A stretch of DNA of 39,335 bases, taken from sequence record SRR31156797_3634; one strand, written 5' to 3'. Shown here in pieces: positions 37,685 to 39,335 of the stretch. Positions within the stretch are counted from its first letter, which is position 1. The number at the start of each line of letters is the position of its first letter. The notes under the pieces are model-generated. The model did no database searches, had not been told where the DNA came from, and worked only from the letters and a program-made list of their open reading frames with translations. Position numbers and translations under genes: made by a program.

Positions 37685-39199
37685 ATGGAACCAAACAAAA
37701 CCAAAAAAGTGAAGATAGACCCAAAGGTCTTTTTCCCTTCACTGACTATTGTGGGAATCCTGAGCTACCTGACCGTCAGGGATCTGGATGCGGCCAACAA
37801 AGCCATTAACACGCTGTTCAGCTATGTCACAAACTCATGGGGTTGGGCGTTCGAATGGTACATGGTTGTTATGCTGGTTGGCTGGCTGTGGATGGTTTTC
37901 GGACCGTGGAAAAACAACAAACTTGGCGAAGGAGAACCTGAGTTCAGCACCGCAAGCTGGATTTTCCTGCTCTTTGGTTCTGCTACTTCCGCTGCTGTCC
38001 TCTTCTGGGGTTCCTACGAAGCATACTGCTATGTTGCCACCCCGCCCTTCGGCTTTGAGCCTTTCTCTACAACCGCAAAAGAATACGGTCTGGCTTACAG
38101 CTTATTCCACTGGGGACCGCTTCCCTGGGCTGGATATGGATTCTTCACCGTTGCCTTCGGTTACTTCCTGTTCGTCAAAAAGATTAATGTCATGCGCCCC
38201 AGCGGTTGTCTGGCTCCAATCATCGGTGAGAAAAACTGCAAAGGCATCATCGGCACGATCATCGACAACATGTACATTGTCGGCCTGATCCTCGCCATGG
38301 GCACAAGCCTCGGCCTGTCCACTCCGCTGGTCACCGAGTGCATGCAGTGGCTCTTTGGCATCCCGCACACTTTACAACTTGATGCATGCATCATTGCCGC
38401 TTGGATTCTCTTGAACGCCATTTGTGTAGCATTCGGACTCTCCAAGGGTATCAAACTGGCCTCTGACTTCAGAAGCTACCTCTCCATCGCAGTACTGCTG
38501 TGGATTTTCGCCATCGGCGGCACAACCTTTATCCTGAATTACTTCACCGACTCTGTGGGAATCATGCTGAACAACTTCTCCCGCATGGTATTCTACACCG
38601 ATCCGATCCGTGAGACTGGTTTCCCGCAGGGCTGGACCGTCTTCTACTGGGCATGGTGGGTCATCTACGGAATTCAGACCTGCTTGTTCCTCGCCCGCGT
38701 TTCCCGCGGTCGTACCGTACGTCAAGTCTGCGTCGGCATGGTTGGCGGCCTGACCGCTACCACCTGGATGATGTGGACCATCCTGAGCGGCAACACCATG
38801 AGCCTCATTCATCAGGGCATCCTCAACATGCCTGAACTTGTCTCAAAGTATGGCGCACCTCGCGCAGTCATTGAAACCTGGGCAGCATTACCGTTCAGCA
38901 CCGTTACCATGGTCGCCTTCTTCGTACTATGCTTCGTAGCAACCGTGACTCTGGTCAACGCCTGCTCTTACACGCTGGCAATGTCCACATGCACCGAAGC
39001 TGATGGTTATAGCGAACCCCCTGTTTGGGTTCGTGTTGGCTGGTCAATTCTGGTCGGCATCATCGGCGTAACTCTGCTTGCTTTGGGTGGCCTCAAGCCC
39101 CTCCAGACTGCAATCATCGCGGGTGGTGGTCTACTCTTCTTCGTGAACCTGATGATCATTACTTCCTTCATTAAAGATGCACGAGCAAACAACTGGTAA
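37685..39199 (+). CDS. caiT: L-carnitine/gamma-butyrobetaine antiporter (BCCT family)
   Basis: Long stretches match E. coli CaiT as recalled ([73 protein letters not shown]); followed by caiA; start at ATG 37685 after GGAG. Confidence 0.93.
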   Translation: MEPNKTKKVKIDPKVFFPSLTIVGILSYLTVRDLDAANKAINTLFSYVTNSWGWAFEWYMVVMLVGWLWMVFGPWKNNKLGEGEPEFSTASWIFLLFGSATSAAVLFWGSYEAYCYVATPPFGFEPFSTTAKEYGLAYSLFHWGPLPWAGYGFFTVAFGYFLFVKKINVMRPSGCLAPIIGEKNCKGIIGTIIDNMYIVGLILAMGTSLGLSTPLVTECMQWLFGIPHTLQLDACIIAAWILLNAICVAFGLSKGIKLASDFRSYLSIAVLLWIFAIGGTTFILNYFTDSVGIMLNNFSRMVFYTDPIRETGFPQGWTVFYWAWWVIYGIQTCLFLARVSRGRTVRQVCVGMVGGLTATTWMMWTILSGNTMSLIHQGILNMPELVSKYGAPRAVIETWAALPFSTVTMVAFFVLCFVATVTLVNACSYTLAMSTCTEADGYSEPPVWVRVGWSILVGIIGVTLLALGGLKPLQTAIIAGGGLLFFVNLMIITSFIKDARANNW

Positions 39200-39205
39200 T
39201 TAATC

Positions 39206-39238
39206 CGAAGGGGGAAACTCCAAGAGTTTCCCCCTTCG
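39206..39238. other. Intercistronic stem-loop between caiT and caiA
   Basis: cgaagggggaaactc / gagtttcccccttcg perfect stem followed by As rather than Ts on the sense strand. Confidence 0.7.
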
Positions 39239-39260
39239 AAAAAATAGAGGAGATTCTCTC

Positions 39261-39335
39261 ATGGATTTCAGACTTACAGATGAACAAGAATTGTTTGTCG
39301 CGGGCGTCCGCGACCTGATGGAAAGCGAAAACTGG
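39261..39335 (+). CDS. caiA: Crotonobetainyl-CoA reductase (acyl-CoA dehydrogenase family), 5' part, truncated by the window end
   Basis: [25 protein letters not shown] closely matches the recalled E. coli CaiA N-terminus; GAGGAG RBS; follows caiT. Confidence 0.85.
   Translation, partial: MDFRLTDEQELFVAGVRDLMESENW

Overview
Gene-dense chromosomal window from what is probably an anaerobic Gram-negative bacterium. The protein repertoire suggests Desulfovibrionaceae, but that is inference because no marker gene is present. I found no rRNA, tRNA, CRISPR array, integrase or intact transposase. Contents in order: an exported Ntn-hydrolase (PVA/BSH family); a Cys-type arylsulfatase with an outer-membrane barrel partner; a dienelactone hydrolase; an FG-GAP protein; mgsA; a ~10 kb minus-strand catabolic cluster (IclR, four-subunit 2-oxoacid:ferredoxin oxidoreductase, ADP-forming acyl-CoA synthetase, DAO-family flavoprotein, RidA, UbiX without UbiD, YgcS/YaaU-like MFS) with a duplicated 28-bp operator-like repeat; an orphan Cache-type kinase; ybaK; a second Ntn-hydrolase; rsgA; a 1149-aa 7TM-DISM hybrid kinase ending in what looks like a ChiS-family DNA-binding domain; an AT-richer arn/gtr-like surface glycosylation cassette (GT-C-like protein, GT2, sulfotransferase, two ArnE/F-like proteins, acyltransferase, WecE); a two-subunit aconitase X with a divergent TetR; an MBL hydrolase; and the start of a carnitine operon (caiT, 5' end of caiA). 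The best candidates for undescribed biology are the ChiS-like kinase, the UbiX-containing oxo-acid operon, the sulfotransferase-bearing glycosylation cassette and the AcnX/cai region. All family assignments come from motif recognition by eye and recalled sequences, not from database searches.
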